Assembly (NCBI RefSeq): GCF_036321535.1
Contig: NC_087437.1
Span: 116,500,001-116,564,000, forward strand
Origin: Camelus dromedarius
Lineage: Eukaryota
Length of the DNA stretch: 64,000 bases
Reading direction: 5' to 3'
Under the pieces are notes generated by a model that had not been told where the DNA came from, did no database searches, and saw only the letters and a program-made list of their open reading frames with translations. The position numbers were made by a program, and so were the translations under genes. Below, piece after piece: positions 50,191 through 61,370 of this stretch (positions are counted from its first letter, which is position 1; each line of letters opens with the position of its first letter).

Positions 50191-50739
50191 TTCTGGTCTG
50201 CTGTGTGGCAAGATCCCCAGAACAGGCTCTCTCTGGGGGAGGCCTGGGGGTTTCCAGTTCTGCCTGGGACGTCGTAAGTGGGTAAGTGTGTATCGGAGGT
50301 GATGTATCAGCCAGCCTGTTCGTTTCCTTATTATCAAGACAGGAATTCCACCACTGCCCGGTAAATACATTTTCAGAAATGAGATTACCCAGGACAACAA
50401 GAAGCAGAGAGGCACCACAAAATCTGAGATATCCCGTTAATTCTGCACATCAACAAAGCAAATAAATTGCTTGCAGAACTTAACTGGTAAAACTAGTGCT
50501 ACCCACCCATAGACAGATCTCGCCAATAGATAAAATGCCAAGTGATGGAAATTAAACTTAAGAGGTGCTGAATTATCTGAGTAAAATGATTATCTGAACA
50601 AAACTTTATCCTGGTTGACTTGACACGGGACCGAGAATTCCCCAAGTTCATTCTTATGCCCTTAGGTGAAGCCACCGCACGTGTGGACAGCACCTGTTAA
50701 AATGCACGTGCGGCCCTTTGGAAAGGTCTCCCGGAAGGA

Positions 50740-50965
50740 GGCAGCGGAGCACAGACGGCGGGAATCGTGGGCTTGAGGTCAGGGTCAGCTCCGACTCTGG
50801 CTCTTACGGTTACTATGCGTGCGACCCGAGTTAAATGCCTAACCGTCCCTGAGCCTCCGATTTCTAATCGATAGAAACCAACTCAGAGGTAGTTGTAAAG
50901 CTACCGAGACAAGGTCTGTAAGGCATCTGGCACGTAGAATAAATGAACCGTTTATATTATACAAA
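50740..50965 (+). mobile_element. MIR SINE, unusually CpG-rich
   Basis: ctatgcgtgcgacccgag...cctaaccgtccctgagcctccgatttctaatcg...tgtaaggcatctggcacgtag. Confidence 0.65.
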
Positions 50966-50986
50966 GAATAATAATGACCTTAAACG

Positions 50987-51804
50987 CAGGCCCACCCCCT
51001 CTCAGAGAGATTGTGGGTTTGGTTCCAGACCACCACAGTGAAGTGGGTCACAGGGATTTTCTGGTCGCCCAGGGCATATAAAAGCCACGTTTACACAAGA
51101 CTGAAGTCTATTAAACATGCAAGGGCATCATTCCGACAAAACAATGTACGTGCCTTAATCTAAAAATACTTTATTGCTAAAAAAAGAAAAATGCTATTTA
51201 GCATTCAGCGAGTTGCAAACTTTTTCTGGGTAGAGGGTCTTGCCCCCGTACTGATGGCTGCTGACTGCCCAGGGTGGTGGCTGTGAAGCTGGGGTGTCCG
51301 CAGCAATCCCGTAAGACAATAAAGAAGTTTGCCACATTCCACTGACTCTTCCCTTCACTTGAACACTGAGAAGTGTTATTAAGTGGCCTAATTTCAATAT
51401 TGCTGTTGTGTTTCAGGGGATAGAGAGGCCAGATGAGAGGGAGAGAGATGAATGGGGAAAAGGCGGGCTGGTGAAGCAGTCAGAACACACACAACATTTA
51501 TCGATTAAGTTCACCCTCTTACGTGGGCACGGTTCACATGGCCCCAAAACAATTACAACAGTGACATCAAAGATCACTGATCACAGATCACTGTAACAAG
51601 TATCATAATAATGCAAAGGTCTGAAATATTGCAAAAACTACCAAACCGCGACACACAGACACCAAGGGAGCAAATGCTACTGGAACAATGGCCCCGATAG
51701 ACTTGCTCGATGCAGGGTGGCCACAAACTTTCAGTTTGTAAAAGAAACACTTATCTTCGAAGCACAGTAAAAAAAATGAAGCACAATAAAACAAGATATG
51801 CCTG
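50987..51804 (-). mobile_element. Tigger1 internal-deletion derivative (non-autonomous, Tigger1a-like)
   Basis: caggc...gcctg inverted termini with TA after 51804; minus strand matches the recalled Tigger1 5' end (acaaactgaaagtttgtggccaccctgcatcgagcaagtctatcgg) and 3' end; transposase ORF absent. Confidence 0.9.
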
Positions 51805-52059
51805 TAATTATACACATAATACCTGATGGCTGATTATCACAACAGAAGCGTGAGCCAGGGTTGTGCTGGTAAAAAGTGTTGTCTGTTTCTTAGGGGAAAA
51901 AAGCCCCAATTTATAGTGATTACCAGTTTCCATGGTGCAAATACTTCCACTGTGGCCAGCTTCCAGCCACCAACGTGATGGCACTGAATGCAGACTCAGG
52001 AAGGTAAGTGAGTACCCTACCAGTGCTTATGAGCCAGTGAGAGCTGACGGCAGCTCCCT

Positions 52060-52170
52060 CCTGGGTCGGGCTGTAGTGACGCCTGCTGTTCACTGTGGAT
52101 CCTCGTGTCTGGGGCAACACCTGGCACACAGCGGGCACTAAGACATGTTTAGTGAATGAACGGATGGTTG
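52060..52170 (+). mobile_element. L2 3' terminus
   Basis: ctgttcactg...cctggcacacagcgggcactaagacatgtttagtgaatgaa. Confidence 0.7.
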
Positions 52171-52205
52171 ATTATTATTAATCAGGCACTAAGGTCTTGT
52201 CATCT

Positions 52206-53101
52206 TTTTTTTAACATTTTTTATTGAGTTACAATCATTTTATAATGTTGTGTCAAATTCCAGTGTAGAGCACAATTTTTCAGTTATACATGAACATATA
52301 TATACTCATTGTCACATTTTTTTCTCTGTGAGCTACCATAAGATCTTGTGTATATTTCCCTGTGCTATACAGTATAATCTAGTTTATCTGTTCTACATTT
52401 TGAAATCCTAGTCTGTTCCTTCCCACCCCCTACTCCCTTGGCAACTACAAGTTTGTATTCTATGTCTCTGAGTCTGTTTCTGTTTTGTATTTATGTTTTG
52501 TTTTGTTTTGTTTTTTAGATTCCACATATGAGCAATCTCATATGGTATTTTTCTTTCTCTTTCTGACTTACTTCACTTAGAATGACATTCTCCAGGAACA
52601 TCCATGTTGCTGCAAATGGCATTATGTTGTCGTTTTTATGTCTAAATAGTATTCCATTGTATAAATATACCACAACTTCTTTATCAAGTCATCTGTTGAT
52701 GGACATTTAGGCTGTTTCCATGTCTTGGCTATTGTAAATAGTGCTGCTATGAACACTGGGTTGCAGGTGTCATCTTGAAGTAGGGTTCCCTCTGGATATA
52801 TGCCCAGGAGCAGGACCCCTGGGTCACATGGTAAGTCCATTCCTAGTCTTTTGAGGAATCTCCATACTGTTTTCCACAGTGGCTGCACCAAACTGCATTC
52901 CCACCAGCAGTGTAGGAGGGTTCCCCTTTCTCCACAGCCTCTCCAGCATTTGTCATTTGTGGATTTTTGAATGATGGCCATTCTGACTGGTGTGAGGTGA
53001 TACCTCATTGTAGTTTTGATTTGCATTTCTCTGATAATTAGTGATATTGAACATTTTTTCATGTGTCTATTGATCATTTGTATTTCTTCCTTGGAGAATT
53101 G
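52206..53101 (-). mobile_element. Young camelid L1, 5'-truncated (about 0.9 kb)
   Basis: ORF2 C-terminus plus 3' UTR and A-tail; perfect TSD cttgtcatct at 52196-52205 and 53102-53111. Confidence 0.95.
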
Positions 53102-53105
53102 CTTG
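52515..53105 (-). pseudogene. LINE-1 ORF2p C-terminal fragment (cysteine-rich CCHC domain) with one frameshift
   Basis: Reads [32 protein letters not shown]...[18 protein letters not shown]...MEYY; a 1-nt shift near 52632 restores [13 protein letters not shown]...LICGI-stop. Confidence 0.92.
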
Positions 53106-53440
53106 TCATCTCTTAATCATTTGGCACAAAGTTGGGCTGAGACTCCAAAAAAAAATATTTTGATGAATATTGGGAAAGGGAAGGGATACGTTTAAATTAA
53201 GAGCGCGGATTGCTGCCCATACTCCACTACAAGCACTGAGGGTGAGAACAGTGCTTTCCCGTTACCCCTGCTCATCGACGTCCATACTAACATATATACT
53301 GACTTCTGAAATGTTCTTGGAGACAAAGGATTCCCAAAGCGCCACTACTCAGAAAACCAAGAAACTCCCTGGAGACTGCCAAAGGAAACGAGATATTTCT
53401 TTAACCTGAGGTCCATCCATGCGTCAGAATATATTGAGAG

Positions 53441-53591
53441 GTGGGGAGGGCATAGCTCAAGTGGTAGAGCACACACTTAGTATGCATGAGGTCCTGGGTT
53501 CAATCCCCAGTATCTCCCCTAAAAATAAATAAACCTAATTACCTCCCCCCATCACTGCCAAAATAAAATAATAATAAAACTTGTTTTCAAA
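53441..53591 (+). mobile_element. Camelid tRNA-derived SINE (Vic-1 type), long form
   Basis: A box tagctcaagtgg, B box ggttcaatcc at 53497-53506, A-rich tail; 15-bp TSD agaatatattgagag at 53426-53440 and 53592-53606. Confidence 0.95.
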
Positions 53592-53696
53592 AGAATATAT
53601 TGAGAGAGGTGGCACTGCATCCAATTATCTGCCTGGATTTCTAGCCCAGAGACCTAAGGAGTCACATCACAGTCTGCTTCTCCAAATCCAACTTCT

Positions 53697-54009
53697 TTTT
53701 TTTTTTTTTTTTTTTTTAGTTTTATTTTTAATTGAAGTGTAGTTGACTTACAACATTAGTTTCAGGTGTACAGCTAAGTGATTCAGTTACACATATACAT
53801 ACATATTTTTTCAGATTCTTTTTCATTATAGGTTATTACAAGAAACTGAATTTAGTCCTCTGTGCTATACAGTAGGTCCTTGTTGCTTGTCTATTTTGTA
53901 TCTAGTAATGTGTGTCTGTTAATCTCAAACTCTTAATTTATCCGTCCCCCTTCCACTTTCCCTTTGGTAACCTTAGTTTGTTTTCTATGTCCGTGAGTCT
54001 CTTGTTGAA
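53697..54009 (-). mobile_element. L1 3' UTR with long A-tail
   Basis: Poly-T, then aattgaagtgtagttgacttacaa...; TSD aaaYccaacttct at 53684-53696 and 54010-54022. Confidence 0.92.
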
Positions 54010-54474
54010 AAACCCAACTTCTGAATGACCTCCACCTGGGATAACAGAGTCGCGTTTAATAACAAGGCTGTGTCTGGGGTAAATGTCATTTTTTTCCCTC
54101 ATGAATTTTGGCAGAGACAACTTCAAGACTCTTCCAATTCTAAGACTCAATGGTACCATAAATATGTCTTAAATAAAGAAATTTAATGAAAAATTCCTCT
54201 GGAAAGAGCTATTTGGGGCAAACATGGGCCCCGAACACCTCAGGCCCAGAGTAAATGTTCTTTTCCGGCCATTCCTCCAACCACAGCAGATCTAGAACCG
54301 ACTCCCCGGAGGGTCCTGCAAACAGGCCCGGGTTCAGCCTCTCCCCAAACCAAATGAAGGGTGAGTGGACAGCCTGCCCAGGAATGCCAGTTCTCCCCAC
54401 CGCTGCCATTAAAGAGCACATTTTGTTTAATCAGTTTAAAGTGGTCTTGAAAAATATCCCTCTGCCTTCATTTT

Positions 54475-54606
54475 CTTCTTCTTTTTTTTGGGGGGGGGGG
54501 GTTGGTAGTTAGGTTTACTTATGTTTTAACAGAGGTACTGGGAATTGAACCCAGAACCTCGTGCGTGCTGAGCATGTGCTGAACCGCTGAGCTGTACCTA
54601 CCCCTA
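54475..54606 (-). mobile_element. Camelid tRNA-derived SINE (Vic-1 type), long form
   Basis: gaggtactgggaattgaacccagaacctcgtgcgtgctgagcatgtgct; 16-bp TSD cctctgccttcatttt at 54459-54474 and 54607-54622. Confidence 0.95.
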
Positions 54607-54627
54607 CCTCTGCCTTCATTTTAAATG

Positions 54628-55137
54628 TGTCATAGAGACGAACAAACCTGACTCCATATGAGGTCTGTTCCTTTGGCTCCAACCCTGGGCTCGGTCTCCT
54701 GTGCTGGGTCCTGCTGGTTCTGCACCTTTTGTAACAGAATGTGGCCTAGAGCAGGAGAGCCCGTCCTCAAGGCTCTGGCCCTTAAGGGTAGAACACTTTC
54801 CCATTAGTGTAGAGATAAGAAGTTGCAGAACAGAGAATAGCATTTGTTCTTTTGGAAGTTTACAGGGACATCAGGACCTGACCTACATGGACAGCTGCAA
54901 GAACAAAGAATTCTGACATCAAGAAGTTCGCAACAACCAACCACACCCCTCCCCTTTTTCTAGTATAAAAGGGGCCTGAATTCTGACTTGGGGAAGATGG
55001 TTCTCCAGAACATCAGTACCCTATCCTCTCAGTCCGCGGGCTTTCTGAATAAAGTCATTATTCCTTGCCCCAACACCTTGTCTCCCAATTTACCAGCCTG
55101 TTGTGGGGTGAGCAGAACAAGTTTGGCCTTGGTAACA
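54628..55137 (+). mobile_element. Solo ERV1 LTR, MER41-like
   Basis: tgtca...ggtaaca termini, 4-bp TSD aatg at 54624-54627 and 55138-55141, TATAAAA at 54964-54970, AATAAA at 55048-55053. Confidence 0.9.
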
Positions 55138-56339
55138 AATGGTCTTGATGGAGTTTTCAAAGAAGAAATAAGTGTAGTGGGCACCCTGTGTGCTTAACCT
55201 CCTTCCCCACCCCTTCAGCTCAGGATAAAACCCACTGACCAGGAGACAGTGCGAGTCCTGAACTCAAGTATACTGACTTGAGTCACTGAAAAAGTTTCCC
55301 TTTCACTCAGGTCGTAGCGAGATTTCCTTCAGTTCCTCATCATAAACATTTGACGAGACCTGTTCAGACAGAAACAATGTCATCTGTCTCCCAAATGGTT
55401 TGTTGAGAATCCTGTGTTGAGGCAGCACCAGGAAGACTCCGTCTCCAGAGCAGAGGCCAAGGAAGGCCCCCTTCAGCCCGTGGGGATGCTCCCATGGGGG
55501 ATGAGCCCCTGGAGCAGCAGCTGGGAAACAGGGCAGCTTGGAGCAGCAGCGGAAGGGTTGGATGAGGAGCGGGCAGGAGGCCACGCGTGTCACGTACAAC
55601 TTTTGCTCACTTCGTGGGAGGATGGGGGATGGAGGCTTCCAGGCCATCAGCAGTCAGATTAGAGAGTAAAAAGATACTGAAAAACCAAGGCAGAGCCATA
55701 TGTGGGAAACTGGCAGAATCCAGGCCCCCAAAACAACCAGCCCACAAAAGTCAGAAACCGCGACTGCAGTAAGACCCCATAGCATAAGATGCTTTGAGGC
55801 ATGAAAGTAGCCTCGTGGTCTGTGACAGTCAGGGCCCAAAGAGCAGCTGGGAATAAACATTCATTCAGGAGATGAGAGGAGTGGAAACAGCAAACTTCAG
55901 GATAGAAATTGGTAGAAATTTCTATGCAGGCCCCTTAGAAACACAGTCGGCAATGAAAAAGTAACAGTGATCATTGTAAAGCAACTTACATTGAATCTGA
56001 CATTCTCTGACCCCAAAAGCAAGAGGCTTGGTTGGTAGCATTTTAAATCACCTTAACATATGAGGCTAGCAAGAAAGATCAAACTCCCTTATTGGAAAAA
56101 AAAAAAAAAAGTAAAGAAAGAAAAAAAAATTGAAGCTTAAAAATTCAGATCTTAATAAAATGGATAATATTGAGCCCTTCAGAAGATTCTTCTAGAGAAA
56201 GACCATGGCCGTGGGCAATGCCGCTATTCTGTCACTAGAACATGGTGACGACATCATCTCCTCCACAACACGGGGATATTCAGGACCAGCCAGCAGAGCC
56301 TTCTGTGCTGAAAACTAGTGCATCAGCCCTGGGACGGGG

Positions 56340-56560
56340 GTCGGAGCACACAAAGATCGGGCACACTGAGGTGCACTCCAGTTCCCCTCCACCACTCGCT
56401 AGCAGTTACAACTCTGTGCCTCAGTTTCACCAACTATCAAATGGGAATAAAATTATCCTAAGCCCCCTGGATTGCTGGGACAACTAAGTGAGTGACTCTG
56501 TGTTAGAGAGTAGAACCCAGTTAGGCAAATTTAGCAGGCACTTAACAATCAAAGTTACTG
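56340..56560 (+). mobile_element. MIR SINE
   Basis: ctctgtgcctcagtttcaccaactatcaaatgggaataa...agcaggcacttaacaa. Confidence 0.7.
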
Positions 56561-56611
56561 ACTGAGGAAGGAATTGAAGAGGAGCCTAAAACATTAAATA
56601 GATGCAATTCT

Positions 56612-56718
56612 GTTTATTTATTTTATTATTTTTTTTTTAATGGAGGGACTGTGGATTGAACCCATGACCTCGTGTATGCTACGCATGCGCTCTACCACTG
56701 GGCTATACCACCCCTCAA
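56612..56718 (-). mobile_element. Camelid tRNA-derived SINE (Vic-1 type), short form
   Basis: atggagggactgtggattgaacccatgacctcgtgtatgctacgcatgcgctctaccactgggctatacc; TSD agatgcaRttct at 56600-56611 and 56719-56730. Confidence 0.93.
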
Positions 56719-58689
56719 AGATGCAGTTCTAAAGGGTCCTGTGAAGCTGGGTTAAGTGGGAAGACTATCACGTCTGCTAGGTGTTTCCAATTCCATCAGA
56801 TTCCTGGGGCTCTGCTGCCATCCATCTCCAACTTCCCCAAGATGGCGCAGTGATGGATTCCATCTATAGACCTGCTTCCTTCCTCATCCCCGAGGCAGTC
56901 CAGATACCAAGCTGAGAGTATTTGAAGGACTCCAGCTTCGTGGGCCAGTGGGGTCTGGAATTGTGGCCCACAGACCCAGTATCCAGAGAACAGCCTTGGG
57001 CACGTGTAAATGTCTCCTCCCCGCTGTGGCATTTCCTCATTCTCTCCCTCCCCTTTTGTCTTCCTTCTTCCCTTCCTCCTCTGTCCCCAACTCAATCTCA
57101 CTGCAGTCCCGGCCTCCCTCATTCCCTGGCCTCCCAGTTCATTAACACCGTGGCCCTCCATCTCCCGCAGAAAGAGACAAAATGGCACACAAGCTCTTCT
57201 GGCAAACCTCCAAGCATCACTTTTCTGAGATTCTGCCTAATGGGGAGAGCTCAGGAGGCCTTGCACTATGTACTAGGTGAATCTATTATAGTTCAATCTA
57301 CATTGCCTGACACAGTTTATAGGGCCAGAATTTATTACCAGCCTTACAGCTTCATAAATTAGCTAGTCAAGCCATTGCCCCATCTCAGTGCGTTGATGTA
57401 TCCATGAATTTATGGTACTCTGGCTTCACGGAGCATCCCTGCCATCACTTTTCAGTACTGTGAGCATTAATTTTGTCCTGGGATATAAATCATCACAGTT
57501 ATTATGAGAATACCAACATAAACAAAAGAGGAAGAAAATTATGTAGGTTACAGTCTAATGGCCTGAAATCAGTCCCAAAAGGAAAGGAGACACTTGATAA
57601 AGTTTGCAGTCTTTGGATGATTTCTGAATGTGCTTAGTGTTATTTCAGCTCAAAAAAAAAAAAAAGAAAAAAAAAGCTTTACACACTTGAATGAGAAAAT
57701 ATGTGGTGAAGAGCCCACTGACAACCCACAGCACGCCAGCCAAGCAGAAGTGCTGCGCTGTTGGGATATCTGGGCTGTCTTCCCTCCGAAAACCAACATT
57801 TTAAGTGTTAGATAAAGAGGCTCCATAAATCAGGATTATATCCCTTCAACATGATCTTAGAGTCTTCAGCAAGGATCTTCTGCTCTTTGGCTGTTTGGAC
57901 TGGTCTGGTTTTATGTGGTCAGTTGTGGGTTGGGTTTGGTTCGGGCGTTGAAGAGGTTGTGCAGCGGGAGAGCTGTGACTTATTCTTTTGTTCTTGTATG
58001 TTACTCCCAGGACTAAAAACAATGCCAAGTCAAGTCCACTGCCCATACGTAATAGCCAAAAAGAACCTCTGGCATCTAGCTCGTGAATCCCCAGTGCATT
58101 CCGCAGCCCCGCAGCCAGTCTGTCTGCTTAAGAAGGAACAGTATTGTAATTCGAAAATGACCAACGAAAGAGAACGTTGGTTTTATTTATTTCAAAATAC
58201 AGGTTACACTGTCTCATGAATAATAAACAGACTTTTTTCAACAAATTTTAAAAAAGCACAGGGATTCTGAACTGTTAAAGATGTTTCCCATCACCAAGAT
58301 TTTAAGGATGCCACAAGCAGCTGATTTTATTGATGACATCTGTGTAGTGGAAAAAGCATGGATTTACAAGACAGAAAGATGTGGATTCGAATGTGGGCAC
58401 CACCATTAACTACTGTCCAAGCACAGGGCTTTCTGCCCACTAGTCCAGAGCTAAGTCAAGTTTCCCACTGCAGATGTGGTCGGTGGGCAGCAGGTGGGCA
58501 CAGCAGGCTGATAAATTTGGTCTCGAGCTTGGAAAGTGGAACCTCTTTGGAAGCCATTCACGTGCACTCACTTACACACAGACTTGTTGAGTTGGGAGGC
58601 TTTAGACAGAATCTAACATATTTCACCTCTGGCCTCTGAGCTAAGGATGGTGCCACGGGTTTTCAGCATATTTTAAAAGAGCAGAGACC

Positions 58690-58860
58690 ACTGGAGGAAT
58701 GATTTTAAAGATGCTCACTAGGCATCTCAGTAAGATGTCAAGTTGACAGCTGGGTGCAGGAATTTGAGTGTGGAAGGACCATCGGGGATGGAGATATTTG
58801 GGAGTCATAGGCTCGTGGGTGGTCCTGGAAGCCGCAAGACTGGATGAAGCCACAGGGAGC
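58690..58860 (-). mobile_element. L2 fragment
   Basis: agatgtcaagttgacagctgg...ggatggagatatttgggagtcat...agactggatga. Confidence 0.65.
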
Positions 58861-58894
58861 AACAAACTAACTCCCTTCTGTGATAAAGGAATCA

Positions 58895-59288
58895 TGGCAG
58901 ATTATTGTCAATTATTGTTCCAACTGGAAACTCCATCCCTCCCATAACAGGGTGAATGCAGTCTCACTCGCTGTCTGTGACTTGCCCTGGCCTTCCCGTG
59001 GGCACAGGGCACTCACCTCCCCATTAACTTTAGGCTTGTCCACACACCTTGCTTTGACCAATAACTGTGGGCAAATGCAAAAATGTGCCCATAACAGGGG
59101 GCAACTCCAAGAGGAATCATAGGATTCTGCCCACCTGTGAGCTTCTGCTCGACCTCCTGGGACCCAGAATGGAGCCCAACGGAGCCACATCTAACCTGCA
59201 GTCTTCCAAGACAGAAGTGAATAATTGCTGTGATGAGCCATTGAGAGCTTTAGGCTGTTTGTTACTGCAGCAAAACCTAACTAATATA
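58895..59288 (+). mobile_element. MLT1 (H/I-like) LTR
   Basis: ccccattaactttaggcttg...ttgctttgaccaat...ctgggacccagaatg...gccattgagagcttt...tttgttactgcagcaaaacctaactaata. Confidence 0.7.
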
Positions 59289-60102
59289 TCAAGGAAGCTT
59301 AATCACTCTAAGGAGGTACCTCCAAAAGAAGCAGAGTTAGTCCACCTCAAAGATGCCAGGCCCCCAAGTCTGAGAGTGTTTCAGGGAGATGTGCAAGGTC
59401 GGCCCAAGGAAAGAAGAGGAAATGGTCCCCGCTTACCATTGGAACGTCCAGACTTAGGTGCTGTCCACTGCACTCCCCATTGGTGCCTTTCCCACAGTGA
59501 AAACCAGCCTTGAAGAGGGTTCTGATATGAGTCATTGTGTAGCTCAGTTCCACAAGCATTTACAAGATCGATGAGCTAGCAGAGTTGCTTACAAACAAAG
59601 ATGAACACGAGACAATCTTTGCCTTGGGTGGGCAGCCAGCCAGTCCACTCACTGAGTGCAGAAGACTGGCAATTGACACAGGACAGAGACTCCCTTGAGT
59701 CTCTGAGCAAACAAACAAGCGATTGCTCTGGATGTCAGCCTGACTCAGCACTGGCGAGGCTCAGGGTCACACCACACCACAAAGGTGCAGCCTCAGGTGT
59801 GTCAAGTCCCTGGGAGAAAGGTGGGCACACCCTGGAAGCCACCTCAGATGCTGCCGTCCAGTGCACTGGGGCACACCTGTCACAGGCTTTCCATTCAGTA
59901 GGGGGACTGGATAGGACCTCATTGGGACCATAATCTGGGCTTTTCACTCTCCACAGGTAAATGCAACTCACTAAACAGCATTCCTCTTTGGATTCTCAGC
60001 CAGATCAATGTGGGAGATTGAAGACTGGCTGATAACTAGGAAAATGAGATTCTGCCATTGCTAAATGAAAGGGTTCCTAGATCTCTTTCAATATCAGATA
60101 GC

Positions 60103-60104
<2 letters not shown>

Positions 60105-60159
<55 letters not shown>
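60105..60159. repeat. Perfect (AC)n microsatellite, about 27 units
   Basis: Directly visible in the sequence. Confidence 0.97.
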
Positions 60160-60161
<2 letters not shown>

Positions 60162-61189
60162 CTGCATGAAGTAAACAGAAAAGAAATGAAAACACTGACT
60201 CATTTCTTTTGCAGTGCAAATTAGATTAAAACTTACAGAAGACCAACGAGATTTAAGATCTTTATACATTATCTCTGAAATGGTTGTCATGCTCAAAACA
60301 TGATTTCATTTATCTCTTCATCTGTCAGGCAGCATCTGGGGGCTTTGTCACCTGAACAATAACAGCACATTTGGCAGCATTATGGTGTAACACAGCTCTT
60401 ATATGTGCTACCTTCTTTTACCCATCACTGCAACAGAGAATGAAAGTCCCAGACTGAGCTGTGTTCAGCCTAAAGGAATGAAGCCCATGTGCTGCTTCGT
60501 ACTGACAGAAAACCTACGACTAAGGGAGAGATTTTCACCTGCCTGGGACGACTTGAACTTGAAATGAATCTATGCATTTGGGCCCTTTGCCTAGGAAGCA
60601 CAAAGAACATCCTTCCATAACTAAACAGTGCAATTCATAACATTCGGCCATTAGATTTCTTAAAGGACACCCTGGCTTCATCTTCAATAAAACACAATTC
60701 AAGGGAGTAATTCCTTCCCTGGCAAATTAAAAAAAAAAAAAAAAAAAAAGCTTTAAAGCTCTCAGAGTCATAGTAATCACATCAAATAAGAACATTCTTG
60801 AGATGCTTTTCATTTCAAATTGCAAAACTATTTATTAAATCGTCTCAGCTTTCTTCATCCTTCAGGCTATCTTTGAAGCCTTAAAGTAAAGCTCCTTCAC
60901 CAACCATGTGACTCAGAGGTTCCTCCTACCTTCTGGGTCACCTCTGGCCATTCCTCGCCACCCATGCTGTGGCCCAGGCTCAGCGCACCACTGGACACGC
61001 TGTAGTCCAGAATGCACAAGCACTAGATGGCACACCATGGCATATGCTTCTCCTGGAAGCCTCCTCCCTACTCAATCCAGCTAACTGGTGTTTGCCCTTT
61101 AGATCCAATGCACGTGCCAGCTCTTCTGAGAAGCCATCCCTGTCCGCCTCTCATGGGTCCTCCTAGAGCACCTGTCTCCTCCAGCCTCG

Positions 61190-61370
61190 AGGGACAACCT
61201 GGGTTTGAGTCTCAGCTCCACCAGCTCTTCCACGTGCGTACAATCCCTCACACACCAACCAAATTCAGTTTTGTATCCATAATTGATGGAGAAGTGCTAA
61301 AATCCACGGTGTGTCACTTGCAAAGATGCACTGGCCGATGAAACAATGAAACTATCAAAGCTTACACAGC
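61190..61370 (+). mobile_element. MIR fragment
   Basis: acctgggtttgagtctcagctccacca...ttcagttttgtatccataa. Confidence 0.55.

Noticed and set aside
52622..53077. 151-aa ORF as a host gene
   Set aside because: It is the LINE-1 ORF2 C-terminus within a truncated insertion.
53441..53520. tRNA-like sequence with A and B boxes
   Set aside because: It has an A-rich tail, a TSD and three diverged paralogues in the window, so it is a SINE, not a tRNA gene.
55262..55283. 8-bp inverted repeat actcaagt/acttgagt
   Set aside because: Too short for a miRNA precursor and expected by chance in 64 kb.
55303..55360. Minus-strand acceptor followed by VSSNVYDEELKEISLRPE
   Set aside because: Short, ends in a stop with only a weak donor; indistinguishable from chance.
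59543..59698. Protein-like plus-strand frame YKIDELAELLTNKDEHETIFALGGQP (superficially kelch-like)
   Set aside because: Only about 50 codons, no further kelch residues and weak splice sites.
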